Positions 20,389-29,429 of a stretch of 64,000 nt of DNA are shown piece after piece. Every line of letters begins with the position of its first letter. Positions within the stretch are counted from its first letter, which is position 1. The DNA is from Acidilobaceae archaeon. Its GTDB lineage: Archaea > Thermoproteota > Thermoprotei_A > Sulfolobales > Acidilobaceae. Both the position numbers and the translations under genes were made by a program. The DNA is taken from positions 1,066-65,065 of the forward strand of contig JALTZJ010000028.1 in the NCBI GenBank assembly GCA_027046245.1. Reading direction: 5' to 3'. The notes below the pieces were generated by a model, which had not been told where the DNA came from, did no database searches, and worked only from the letters and a program-made list of their open reading frames with translations.

Positions 20389-20814
20389 CTAGTACTCTCT
20401 CAGTACTACCATTGTATAGGTAGCCTGGACCCCCGGTATACCCCTTATATAGTCGATGAGGTTGTTTATGTCGCCCACGTCCTTGGCCCTGGCGACCGCC
20501 ACTATGTCGTACTCCCCAGTGACCTCCATTACCTTATCTACTAGGGGATACTCTGCTATTCGTTTGCTAACCTCGGGTACAGGCGTGGGACTACTAGTCT
20601 TAACTAGTATTATCGCCCCCAGCTCGCCCGGGAGCCGGTACTCTACCGTGAACCTCTTTATTATCCCCATCCTTACTAGCTTCTTCACCCTCTTCCTAAC
20701 AGCGCTCTCAGTGACCCCCAGCTCCCTCGCCAGCACGCTATAGGGCGTCCTCGCATCCCTCTTCAGGATGGAGAGGAGCCGTAGATCCTTCTCGTCAAGG
20801 CTGGGCGTCCTCAA
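20389..20814 (-). CDS. lysM: Lrp-family regulator LysM
   Basis: Lrp HTH plus RAM domain, last gene of lysYZM. Confidence 0.85.
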   Translation of the reverse strand: MRTPSLDEKDLRLLSILKRDARTPYSVLARELGVTESAVRKRVKKLVRMGIIKRFTVEYRLPGELGAIILVKTSSPTPVPEVSKRIAEYPLVDKVMEVTGEYDIVAVARAKDVGDINNLIDYIRGIPGVQATYTMVVLREY

Positions 20815-21610
20815 GCGTTATCACCGTCCCCTTAGTCCCGGAGAGTAGATCCTCGAGTCCTGCATCGCCTATCGAGGCCCTAGGAGCCCCGCCCTTCACG
20901 GCCCTAGCAGCCATCATAAGCTTCATGTTCATCCCTTTGCCGACCCTCTTAGCCAGCTCCTCCGCCTCCTCGGGCTTAAGCCTGCCAACCACCCCGCCAT
21001 CAACTATCACTCCTGGCACGTCTGTCACGAGGGCTAGGGGCGCCTTCAGGGCGCCTGCTATGGCAGCTGCCATCTGGTCTCCGTCAACATTCAATGGGAC
21101 TACTCTGCCATCGCTTACCCCATAGGCTACGGGGCTGACGACTGCCACGTCAACCCTAGATAGAACGTGTTCTAGGTAGGTTCCGTCAACCCTTGTTATG
21201 CGGCCAGTGTAGCCGCCGGGTACTGCCTGGGGCCTCCCCCGCTCGTTTACAATGACTATCCTCTCCTTCCTCTTAGCCTCTATAGATAGGCCGTCGAGGC
21301 CTGTGAGGCTCTGGCTCTTCACGCCAAGGCCTGCTAGCGTATATTGTATCCTCTTAGCGACCAGCCCCGCCATAACCATTAGGAATACTTCAAGTTCTTC
21401 CCAGCTGGTGTATCTGCTCCTGACCCCGCTTGGATGGACCACGATCCTCGGCTCCATGCCGAGCCTGCGCTCGTACTCGTCAACTAGCCTGCCGCCTCCA
21501 TGTACCAGGACGAGCTTCCAGCCCCTGGAGACGAGGTCTGCCGCCTCCTTGAGGCGAGGCTCCACATCGCTCAGTATGCTACCACCTATCTTTACTACCC
21601 CTATCTCCAT
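20795..21610 (-). CDS. lysZ: [LysW]-aminoadipate/glutamate kinase
   Basis: VVKIGGS, VHGGG, SRYT, GGYTG, LNVDGD; ATG at 21610. Confidence 0.93.
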   Translation of the reverse strand: MEIGVVKIGGSILSDVEPRLKEAADLVSRGWKLVLVHGGGRLVDEYERRLGMEPRIVVHPSGVRSRYTSWEELEVFLMVMAGLVAKRIQYTLAGLGVKSQSLTGLDGLSIEAKRKERIVIVNERGRPQAVPGGYTGRITRVDGTYLEHVLSRVDVAVVSPVAYGVSDGRVVPLNVDGDQMAAAIAGALKAPLALVTDVPGVIVDGGVVGRLKPEEAEELAKRVGKGMNMKLMMAARAVKGGAPRASIGDAGLEDLLSGTKGTVITLEDAQP

Positions 21611-21651
21611 GGCCCCCGGTTCACCTCCGAGACCGGAGCGGTACTGGTAAT

Positions 21652-22716
21652 TCACGGCCTGAGGGGCGGGATCATGAGACCCTCCCCCTCGGGCCAGCCT
21701 AGCATGAGATTCATCGCTTGGACTCCCTGACCAGCCGCGCCCCTGACTAGGTTGTCGATAGCCGCGAACCCCGAGACTCTCCCTACCTCTACCTCTACAC
21801 TATAGCCTATCTCGGCGAACTCGCTGCCGATAACGTTCTTCACATCCGGGGGGTCGCCTGGGATGCCAGGGGCTAAGGGCTTGACCCTCACGAAGCGCTT
21901 ACCAGAGTAGAAGGATGCGTATGCCCTTGCTACGTCGTTGAACCCCTTACCATCGACTAGCCAGCCGTGCACGCTGGCGAAGGCCCCCCTCACCATGCTG
22001 ACAGCGTGGGGTACGAGGCTCAGCTTCACGGGCTTCCCAGCCAGCCTGGATAGCTCCTGTCTAGCCTCCCAAGCGTGCCTGTGGCCCCAGGGGCTGTAGG
22101 GCCTGGCAGAGCCCTCCCTTAGGGAGTGGTGGTTGCTCTTGCTGGGCTTGCTGCCTCCCTCGCTGCTGCCCGCCTTGACGTCGACAACAATCCCCATGTC
22201 AAGGTCTATCAGGCCCGACGCCGCTAGAGGGGCCGCTGCTAGGATTGCCGCGGTGGCGTTGCAGCCGGGCGCAGCCGCTAGCCTGGCGCCCCTCAGCTCT
22301 TCCCCGTGGATCTCGGGGAGCGCGTATACGGCCTTCTCTAGGAGGTCGGGCCTTGGGTGCTTGAAGCCGTATACACTCTCGTAGAGGCTGGCGTCCTTCA
22401 ACCTGTAATCGGCGCTCAAGTCTACTATCGTTACTCCCCTGTCGTAGGCCTCGCTGGTGTAGTTGATCCCCGCTCCGTGGGGGAGAGCGTTGAAGAGTAC
22501 GTCCACAGAGCCGAGGTCAACGCTCTCTATCCTAGAGTACCTCAAGCCCTCGTAGAATCCCCTAAGGTGGGGGTGTGCCGAGTGTATCGGCCTGCCAGCG
22601 TACTCCCTGCTGGTAGCGAAGACCACCTCCACCCTGGGGTGCAAGGCTAGGAGCCTCAGGAGCTCGCCGCCAGTGAAGCCCGAGCCCCCGAGGACCCCCA
22701 CTCTAACCTCGGCCAA
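21652..22716 (-). CDS. lysY: [LysW]-aminoadipate-6-phosphate reductase (ArgC family)
   Basis: GGSGFTGGEL, DLSADYRL, PGCNAT, IDNLVRGAAG. Confidence 0.95.
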   Translation of the reverse strand: MAEVRVGVLGGSGFTGGELLRLLALHPRVEVVFATSREYAGRPIHSAHPHLRGFYEGLRYSRIESVDLGSVDVLFNALPHGAGINYTSEAYDRGVTIVDLSADYRLKDASLYESVYGFKHPRPDLLEKAVYALPEIHGEELRGARLAAAPGCNATAAILAAAPLAASGLIDLDMGIVVDVKAGSSEGGSKPSKSNHHSLREGSARPYSPWGHRHAWEARQELSRLAGKPVKLSLVPHAVSMVRGAFASVHGWLVDGKGFNDVARAYASFYSGKRFVRVKPLAPGIPGDPPDVKNVIGSEFAEIGYSVEVEVGRVSGFAAIDNLVRGAAGQGVQAMNLMLGWPEGEGLMIPPLRP

Positions 22717-22802
22717 CCCGGTTTACCCTCCACTCTTAGCCGGTTACCGCCGTAGCCCGCACCCCGCGGATTTAAGTAGGCCTGAACCATATGTAGCGGG
22801 CA

Positions 22803-22819
22803 GGTACGAAGAGCGAACC
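22803..22819. promoter_or_regulatory. LysM-type operator between divergent lys promoters
   Basis: GGTACGAAGAGCGAACC imperfect palindrome resembling the Sulfolobus LysM site as I recall it (GGTTC-N7-GTACC); TATA-like boxes at about 22771-22776 (minus) and 22848-22854 (plus). Confidence 0.7.
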
Positions 22820-22911
22820 GTTTGTTTCACGCGCTGCGTATTCAACACTTAAGTGTACGAGCCGGATACCTACAGGGATGCGGCAGAAGAGGTAGGGAGG
22901 TGGAGCGTGGG

Positions 22912-23085
22912 ATGCCAGCGGCTAAGTGCCCGGTCTGCGGTCTAGAGGTTGAGATACCCGAGGACTACATGCCCGGAGAGCTAATCGAGCACTCGTGTGG
23001 AGTCGTGCTTGAAGTAGTGAAGAATGGTAATGGACTGTTGACGGTAAGGGTGTTCGGGGGAGTAGAGGAGGACTGGGGTGAGTAA
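22912..23085 (+). CDS. lysW: amino-group carrier protein LysW
   Basis: CPVC...HSCG zinc ribbon and C-terminal EEDWGE; ATG at 22912 after GGAGGTG. Confidence 0.95.
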   Translation: MPAAKCPVCGLEVEIPEDYMPGELIEHSCGVVLEVVKNGNGLLTVRVFGGVEEDWGE

Positions 23086-23941
23086 GTTCGCCAGTGGCAA
23101 CTCAACAGTCCTTTTCTTCTACGACATAGTTAGGCTCGACGAGAAGCTCCTACTAAACGCCCTCCGGGAGAGGGCTAGGGTGGAGCCTGTCCACACGGCT
23201 AGGCTACCCCTACCCATAGGAGGCGAGCCCCCCTGGCAGGCAGACATAGCGGTGGCGCGGGGCGTGAGCCACGCAACAACATTCTATAGCGCAGTCGCGG
23301 CGGAGTCCTGGGGAATGCCCGTCGTCAACCCTGCAAGGGGCATGGCAATAGCTAGAGACAAGGCCTGGAGCCAGGCAATACTAGCGGCCCACGGGATCCC
23401 GACTCCCCGCGCAATGATAGCAGTAGACCCAGAGGCGCTCCCGGAGGCGGCATCCACCATAGGCTACCCAGTAGTGGTTAAGCCGCTCAAGGGCAGCTGG
23501 GGCCGCCTAGTAAACCTCGCGAGGGACGAGGTAGAAGCTAGGGCACTAGCAGAGCACAAGGCCTACCTCCCCGAGGGCCTCAAGGGCAGCGTAGTCCAGG
23601 AGTACATAAGGAAGCCGGGCCGAGACCTAAGGGTATTCTGCATAGGCGACCAGGTCCCCGCAGGGATCTACAGGATCCACGGAGGACTAGCCACTAACAT
23701 AGCCCAGGGGGCTAGAGCCGAGCCCGTCAAGGTCACGGGCGAGATAGAGGATTTAGTACAGAGGAGCTGCAGGGCCCTGGGACTCGAAGTGGGAGGAGTA
23801 GACTTGATAGAGGATCCAGGGAGGGGGCTACTAGTATTAGAGGTGAACCCGACCCCCGAGTTCAAGACAACGCAGAAGGTGACAGGAGTAGACGTGGCGG
23901 GCCTGATGGCCGAGCATATAATCTCGCTCGCAAGGAGGTGA
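23078..23941 (+). CDS. lysX: aminoadipate-LysW ligase (ATP-grasp)
   Basis: KPLKGSWGR, QEYI..PGRDLR, EVN. Confidence 0.93.
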   Translation: MSKFASGNSTVLFFYDIVRLDEKLLLNALRERARVEPVHTARLPLPIGGEPPWQADIAVARGVSHATTFYSAVAAESWGMPVVNPARGMAIARDKAWSQAILAAHGIPTPRAMIAVDPEALPEAASTIGYPVVVKPLKGSWGRLVNLARDEVEARALAEHKAYLPEGLKGSVVQEYIRKPGRDLRVFCIGDQVPAGIYRIHGGLATNIAQGARAEPVKVTGEIEDLVQRSCRALGLEVGGVDLIEDPGRGLLVLEVNPTPEFKTTQKVTGVDVAGLMAEHIISLARR

Positions 23942-25131
23942 CGCTAGAAGCCTTGGAGACCACGGAATCTCCACTAAAGCTAGTCCGCTTCTACGGGTTC
24001 AGAGGGCTCAAGCTAGTCAAGGGGAGCGGCCAATACGTCTGGGACTCGGCTGGCCGCAAATACCTTGACTGCCACGCAGGCCACGGGGCAGCCCTCCTGG
24101 GCCACGCCAACCCCGACGTGGCGGAGGCCGTAGCAAGGCAGGTGTCAGAGCTAGTGGCCGCTTCAAGCGGCTTCACCACTCCAGCCCTCGAAGAGGCGCT
24201 TCACTGGTTCTCAAAGGTAGCACCCGGCTGGGCCCGAGAGATAGTATTCCTGAATACGGGCACTGAGGCAGTAGAGGCTGCATTGAAGGCTGCGTGGCTC
24301 TACACGGGCCGCCGCAGGATAGTAGCGTTTAGGGGCTCCTTCCATGGCCGCACCCTGGCGAGCCTGAGCGCCACGTGGAACCCCAAGTACAGGAAGGGTA
24401 TCCCCGTACTCGGAGAAGTAGAGTTCCTGAGGTTCAACTCGGACCCCGCGGAGATAGCGGGTAAGGTGCCGAGCGACACGGCAGCAATAATAGTGGAGCC
24501 CGTGCAGGGCGAGGGAGGAGTAGAGCCTGCCTCCCGAGAGTTCCTCAAGGCTCTCAGGGAGGAGGCGGACAGGGTAGGAGCATTACTAGTATTCGACGAG
24601 GTGCAGGCCGGCTTCGGCCGCACGGGAGAGTGGTGGAGCCACCAGCACCATGGTGTGGAGCCCGATATTATGACTGCTGGTAAGAGTATAGCCGGCGGTT
24701 TGCCAGCGAGCGCCGTGCTCTCAAGGGAAGGCATACTTGAAAAGCTCTCCGGCGGCATGCACGGGAGCACACACGCCGGGAACCCTGTTAGCATGGCTGC
24801 AGTCACCGCGGCTTCCAGGCACGCAGTCAAGGTTGACCTGCCAGAGAGGGCTAGGGAGGCCGGCGGGGAGATGCTCAGGATGCTAGGTGAGGCGTTAGAC
24901 GGGCTTAGAGCAGTCAGGAGGGTGAAGGGGCTAGGCCTAATGCTGGGCGTGGAGCTACGATTCGACCCAGGGAGGATAATAAGGTGCATGCAGGAGGAGG
25001 CCTCGGTGCTGGCGTTGAAAGCGGGAGCCACTACTGTGAGGCTACTGCCGCCTTACATGGTTGACGGCGGTGACGCGAGGTGGGCTGCTGATGCGGTTAG
25101 ATCCTGCATCTGCAGGGGCTACGGCTGCTAG
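23938..25131 (+). CDS. lysJ: [LysW]-aminoadipate semialdehyde transaminase
   Basis: class III aminotransferase: FHGRT, EPVQGEGG, DEVQAGFGRTG, AGKSIAGG. Confidence 0.93.
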   Translation: MTLEALETTESPLKLVRFYGFRGLKLVKGSGQYVWDSAGRKYLDCHAGHGAALLGHANPDVAEAVARQVSELVAASSGFTTPALEEALHWFSKVAPGWAREIVFLNTGTEAVEAALKAAWLYTGRRRIVAFRGSFHGRTLASLSATWNPKYRKGIPVLGEVEFLRFNSDPAEIAGKVPSDTAAIIVEPVQGEGGVEPASREFLKALREEADRVGALLVFDEVQAGFGRTGEWWSHQHHGVEPDIMTAGKSIAGGLPASAVLSREGILEKLSGGMHGSTHAGNPVSMAAVTAASRHAVKVDLPERAREAGGEMLRMLGEALDGLRAVRRVKGLGLMLGVELRFDPGRIIRCMQEEASVLALKAGATTVRLLPPYMVDGGDARWAADAVRSCICRGYGC

Positions 25132-26164
25132 GCTCCTCTACGACCTGGTAAGCATCTACACCCCCCCGGGCAGGGAGCACGAGGCCCTGCCAGTCATAGA
25201 GGAGTGGGCTAGCAGGCTAGGCCTAGCTGCGGGGCTCGACAGGCACGGCAACATAATAGTAGCTCCCGAGGACTGGAACGGGTCCCTCCCTGTAGTGGCG
25301 CTTGCAAGCCACGTCGACACGGTACCTGGAATGCTGAAACCCGTTCTCGAGGAGGGAGCGGTAGCTGGTAGGGGGGCAGTAGACGCTAAGGGCCCCTTGG
25401 CAGCTATGATAGTCGGCCTATCCCTTGCAGCGGCGGAGGGGCTCGAATGCAGTGCAGCAGTTATGGCGCTACTAGGAGAGGAGGCCGAGAGCCCTGGAGC
25501 CTGGGGGCTCCTAGCCTCGGGCGAGGTCCCGCCCTTCATAGTCATAGGGGAGCCCACTGGGGGCGACGGCGTAGCAATAGGCTACAGGGGCAGCCTAAAG
25601 CTTGAAGCCCTCTGCACCGGGGAGGGGGGCCACGCCGCTAGTAGCGGTGAGGGAGCAGCGTGGCGCCTAGTCGAGGGGCTAGCCAAGGTAAAGTCTGTCC
25701 TCGAGCCTTCAACGTTGACCGTGCTAAGGGCTGGGGAGGCGTGGAACGTAGCGCCTTCAAGGGCTGAGGCGGTCATAGACAAGAGGTTCCAGGAGAGCCC
25801 CACGGATGCGTTAGCTGCAGCTGCAGATGCCTGCGGCTCTCTAGGGCCGGGCTGCGGCTGCAGCCGCCTCTGGCTCCTCTCCCCCGTCAGGATTCCCCTG
25901 GCGAGCCCCGTCCCTAGGAGCCTTGTCGCGGCGTTGAGGAGCGAGGGTGTAAGGCCCAGGGTCTCGGTGAAGCAGGGTACAAGCGATATGAACATACTCT
26001 ACTGGGCTGCGAGGAGTATAGCAGCCTATGGGCCGGGAGACCCTAGGCTGGCCCATACTGATAGGGAGCGAGTGTCTATGGAGGAGCTGGGCCGAGCCGC
26101 CAGAGTTTACGCCGCTGTTGTTCGCCGCCTCTGCCGGGGCGCCTGGGAGACGCTACGATCCTAG
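25091..26164 (+). CDS. lysK: [LysW]-lysine hydrolase (M20)
   Basis: SHVDTVP, GRGAVDAKG, GEEA, IGEP, GTSDMN, YGPGD..AHT; ATG at 25091. Confidence 0.92.
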   Translation: MRLDPASAGATAARLLYDLVSIYTPPGREHEALPVIEEWASRLGLAAGLDRHGNIIVAPEDWNGSLPVVALASHVDTVPGMLKPVLEEGAVAGRGAVDAKGPLAAMIVGLSLAAAEGLECSAAVMALLGEEAESPGAWGLLASGEVPPFIVIGEPTGGDGVAIGYRGSLKLEALCTGEGGHAASSGEGAAWRLVEGLAKVKSVLEPSTLTVLRAGEAWNVAPSRAEAVIDKRFQESPTDALAAAADACGSLGPGCGCSRLWLLSPVRIPLASPVPRSLVAALRSEGVRPRVSVKQGTSDMNILYWAARSIAAYGPGDPRLAHTDRERVSMEELGRAARVYAAVVRRLCRGAWETLRS

Positions 26165-27074
26165 AGAGGTCCCAGGCTAGGATGCTCCGGGGGAAGACCC
26201 TGCGGGCCTCTAGCAGGAGCCTTCTAGCCTCGAATCCCCTGTAGCGCTGGCTCACGTGGATCAGCACTAGGAGGCCTGCTCCCGCTTCCCTCGCTACTAG
26301 GGCTGCAGCCTTGGCGGTGGAGTGGCCCCGGGAGAGGGCCTCATCCTCTAGCCCCGAATCCAGGGTCGAGTCGTGGAGGAGCACGTCAACGCCTCGCACG
26401 GCCTCGGCTACGCTCCTACATGGAGCGGTGTCTCCGGTATAGGCCACGCCCAGTCCTCCCCCGGCCTCGGCTACCTCCTCCAACGAGATCCTTCGCCCGC
26501 CTATCATGGCCTCTCCACGCTGTATCAACTCCCTAATCCAGGGGCCCGGCCTTTCTCCCAGCAACTCGAGAGCACTTCTCTTCAGCCTGGGCCTGAGGAT
26601 CCAGTCTAGCCTAAAGCCGAGGGCCTCCACAGTGTGGCACGCCTTGAAGGCCCTCGCCACTAGTCTGTCTCCTCCCGACTCGTGCAGGACCAGCTCGTCA
26701 CCAGGCCTCATGGGCCTCGCCACGACCTCGAAGCCTAGCCTTTCCCGTGTAGCCTCCAATACTTCAACGGCGAATTCGAGGGCTCCAGGGGCCCCCGCGA
26801 GGATCAGAGGCCTCTCCCTGCCCTGCAAATTCATAGTCATGAGGAGCCCCGCCAGCCCGTTAACATGGTCTCCGTGCTCGTGCGTTAATAGGATAACGTC
26901 TAGCTGGCTGGGGCTGGATCCTGCCTCTGCTAGGCGTAGCTGAGCCGCCTCCCCCGCATCAAGTAGCACCTGGTTGCCCATCCAGTCCCTGATCAGTATA
27001 GAGGGCGTGAGCCTCTCCCTGCTGGGCACCGCCCCCCCGCTCCCCAGAATAGTGATCTCTACGAGCTTAGCCAC
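26076..27074 (-). CDS. rnz: ribonuclease Z
   Basis: LGSGGAVP, THEHGDH, YTGDT, HST, HVSQRY; 3' end overlaps lysK convergently. Confidence 0.93.
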   Translation of the reverse strand: MAKLVEITILGSGGAVPSRERLTPSILIRDWMGNQVLLDAGEAAQLRLAEAGSSPSQLDVILLTHEHGDHVNGLAGLLMTMNLQGRERPLILAGAPGALEFAVEVLEATRERLGFEVVARPMRPGDELVLHESGGDRLVARAFKACHTVEALGFRLDWILRPRLKRSALELLGERPGPWIRELIQRGEAMIGGRRISLEEVAEAGGGLGVAYTGDTAPCRSVAEAVRGVDVLLHDSTLDSGLEDEALSRGHSTAKAAALVAREAGAGLLVLIHVSQRYRGFEARRLLLEARRVFPRSILAWDLSRIVASPRRPGRGGEQQRRKLWRLGPAPP

Positions 27075-27084
27075 GGCCCCTTGT

Positions 27085-28128
27085 TCACCTCCTGGCCACT
27101 ACGATGGCCCTCGTAAGGCTTCCATGCACATACATCTCTATCCTGTCCACTACCCTGAGCCCAGCTTCTTCTGCCAGCACCCAGGGCTTGTACTTGACGG
27201 GGCCCGCATACACTATGTAGCCCCCGTGCTTCACCGACCTCGCCGCCTCCTCAAGGAAGCCCCTAACTAGCCTCACATAGCCCTGGCCCCCCGTAGTGGT
27301 GCTCCTCCCATAGGGGGGGTCCGTGGCTATCGCGTCGACAGAGCCAGGAGCTACTGGCAAGCTTGCAGCGTTCCACGCTGCAACGAGCCACCCATGGCCG
27401 CGGCAATACGCTCTCAGATTCCTGGGGGCCCCGCTTATCATAGCCCAGTCCAGGTCGCCGCAGAGGCAGCGGCTCGCCCCCATGAGGCACGCCTCGATAG
27501 CGAAGCCTCCAGTGCCACAGAATGGGTCCAGGTAGACGTCGCCTCTGCGTAGCCGGGCCAGGTTAACGAAGGCCCTGCTGAGCTGGGGGCTCAGAGGGCC
27601 GGGCTTGAAGAAGGGCCTCCTACCAGGACTCCTCTCCGTTAGGGACCTCGTATCTAGCCTCGCCTCGGGCAGGCCTATGACGACTACGCCCTCGGTGGCG
27701 AAGGCCCTCAGCTCCTGTCTACCCCGAGGCGAGGCCTCGACCCCTGCATCTGCTAGACCCCTTGCCACCATGCGGGTAAGCCACGTCTTGCCACGGGCAT
27801 GAGCGTAGGGTCCATGAACGACCGCTTCAATCCTGAAGGGCCCCCGGAGGCCTAGGCGGCGCAGCTCCTCTCCAGCCCTCCTCCCAGCACTCCTAGCCCT
27901 GGGCAGCGAGTCGGCTGCTAGCAGTAGGCCTACCTCCCTAGTGTAGCCTGCCCTGTAGGTGACCTGCCACGCCCCCCATCTCAGCTCGGCTTCGAACACG
28001 GCTAAACCGTCAAGCCAGCCGTGGAGCCTGTAGCCCCAGGGCCCCGCTTCGGCCTCAAGGATAGCCTCTAGCTCCCTAGCCGGGAGAGGCGGGTTCTCGC
28101 CGCTTATGATGGCGTAGCGGAGCCTCAA
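27085..28128 (-). CDS. tRNA (guanine-10-N2) methyltransferase, Trm11/TrmG10 family
   Basis: RPFFKPG.LSPQLSRAFVNL, LDPFCGTGG, ATDPPYGRS. Confidence 0.88.
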   Translation of the reverse strand: MRLRYAIISGENPPLPARELEAILEAEAGPWGYRLHGWLDGLAVFEAELRWGAWQVTYRAGYTREVGLLLAADSLPRARSAGRRAGEELRRLGLRGPFRIEAVVHGPYAHARGKTWLTRMVARGLADAGVEASPRGRQELRAFATEGVVVIGLPEARLDTRSLTERSPGRRPFFKPGPLSPQLSRAFVNLARLRRGDVYLDPFCGTGGFAIEACLMGASRCLCGDLDWAMISGAPRNLRAYCRGHGWLVAAWNAASLPVAPGSVDAIATDPPYGRSTTTGGQGYVRLVRGFLEEAARSVKHGGYIVYAGPVKYKPWVLAEEAGLRVVDRIEMYVHGSLTRAIVVARR

Positions 28129-29063
28129 CCCCGTAGCAGCCCCTTCAGGGCTTCAGCCATGAGCGGCGATAGGTCCACCCTCTCTAGGAAGCCCGCCTGA
28201 GGGTTCCATGGCAGCGTATTGCCCGCCGCCAGGCCCGAGAGGCCTGCCCGCCTTAGCTTGCCATCAACGCCTGGAAGGCCCAGGTAGTGGGCTGCCACTG
28301 CGTAGACCCTCCTAGCCCCTCTTTCTAGTAGCTGGCTTGCAGCGAGGGCCAGGGTGCCTCCAGTACTAACTATATCGTCCACTATTATCACATCCATCCC
28401 CTCTACATCCACGTCAGCCGCCTCTATCCTCACCTCGCCGGTCACCCTGTCACGCTTCTTCACGAGGTAGCCCCACTCGCAGCCGAGGCGCCTGGCTACC
28501 AGCTCTGCCCTCTGCCTGCCGCCGAGGTCGGGGCTAACTATTACGGTTTCCCCCCTCCTACACTTGAATCCGCTCCTCCTCAGGATGAAGGGGAGAGGCC
28601 TCACGTTTACCCCGTCTCCTGGGAACCAGGAGAGGCTATCAGCTCTATGCAGCTCAACCACTAGAAGGCCCCTAACTCCGGTGGACGCCAATGCCTGTAG
28701 AGCAACCCTCACACTCACAGGCTCCCCTGGAAGGAAGACTCTGTCCTGCCTAGCATAGGCTAGATAGGGCGCAACCAGATAAACCTCGTTCATGCCCTGC
28801 TCCCGTAGGGCGTCCACGGTTAACATAGCCACTAGGAGGCTCCTAGATTGCGGCCTAGACATGGTGGCTACGACGACTGCAGGGCCCCCGCCACTATCAA
28901 CCCTAACACGTACATACTCCTCGCCATCGGGGAACTCCTTAAACTCGCCGTAAACAGGTTCTACTCCTAGCTCCCTCGCCAAACCCTCGCCGAGCTCTCC
29001 GCTACCAGGCGTAGGCGCCACCACCAACAACGGCTCTCCACTCATGACAAGCACCGCCCCCAT
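28125..29063 (-). CDS. prs: ribose-phosphate pyrophosphokinase
   Basis: FPDGE, PYLAYARQDR, SPDLG, IVDDIVSTGGT. Confidence 0.95.
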   Translation of the reverse strand: MGAVLVMSGEPLLVVAPTPGSGELGEGLARELGVEPVYGEFKEFPDGEEYVRVRVDSGGGPAVVVATMSRPQSRSLLVAMLTVDALREQGMNEVYLVAPYLAYARQDRVFLPGEPVSVRVALQALASTGVRGLLVVELHRADSLSWFPGDGVNVRPLPFILRRSGFKCRRGETVIVSPDLGGRQRAELVARRLGCEWGYLVKKRDRVTGEVRIEAADVDVEGMDVIIVDDIVSTGGTLALAASQLLERGARRVYAVAAHYLGLPGVDGKLRRAGLSGLAAGNTLPWNPQAGFLERVDLSPLMAEALKGLLRG

Positions 29064-29179
29064 GAAGAGGCGGAGAGCCGCTGCCGAGGTGAAATAAGCT
29101 AACCAGGCCCCCGAGAGAGGACGCCTTTAAAGTAGCACCCCGGCCCCGAATAAACACGGGAGAGGTAAAGACCAGCGAG

Positions 29180-29420
29180 ATGACCCTCTCAAGCGACGAG
29201 AAGAAGAGAATACTAAAAGCCTTAGAAGAGTGATGCAGAGTTCCGCTACGCCCTGATGGGCCTGCTAGGCTTCAAGGAGATACTAGACAGGATCACAAGA
29301 ATAGAGGAAAGGCAGGCATCGCTGATGAAGAGATTCTCGGGACTAGAAGAATGCTTTGTCGAGGTTGAAGAGCGCTACCAGAAGCTCAACGTCGGGATTT
29401 ACGCTTACTTCGAGGAGTGA
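29180..29420 (+). pseudogene. frameshifted, truncated paREP/DUF3782-like coiled-coil gene
   Basis: MTLSSDEKKRILKALEE, then a 1-nt insertion near 29231, then DAEFRYALMGLLGFKEILDRITRIEERQ; this N-terminus is typical of crenarchaeal coiled-coil repeat families. Confidence 0.7.
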
Positions 29421-29429
29421 CGACTAACA

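Noticed and set aside
26076-26164. 89-nt convergent overlap of lysK and rnz as antisense regulation
   Set aside because: Tail overlaps are common in this compact genome (also 7720-7740) and are most simply due to stop-codon drift
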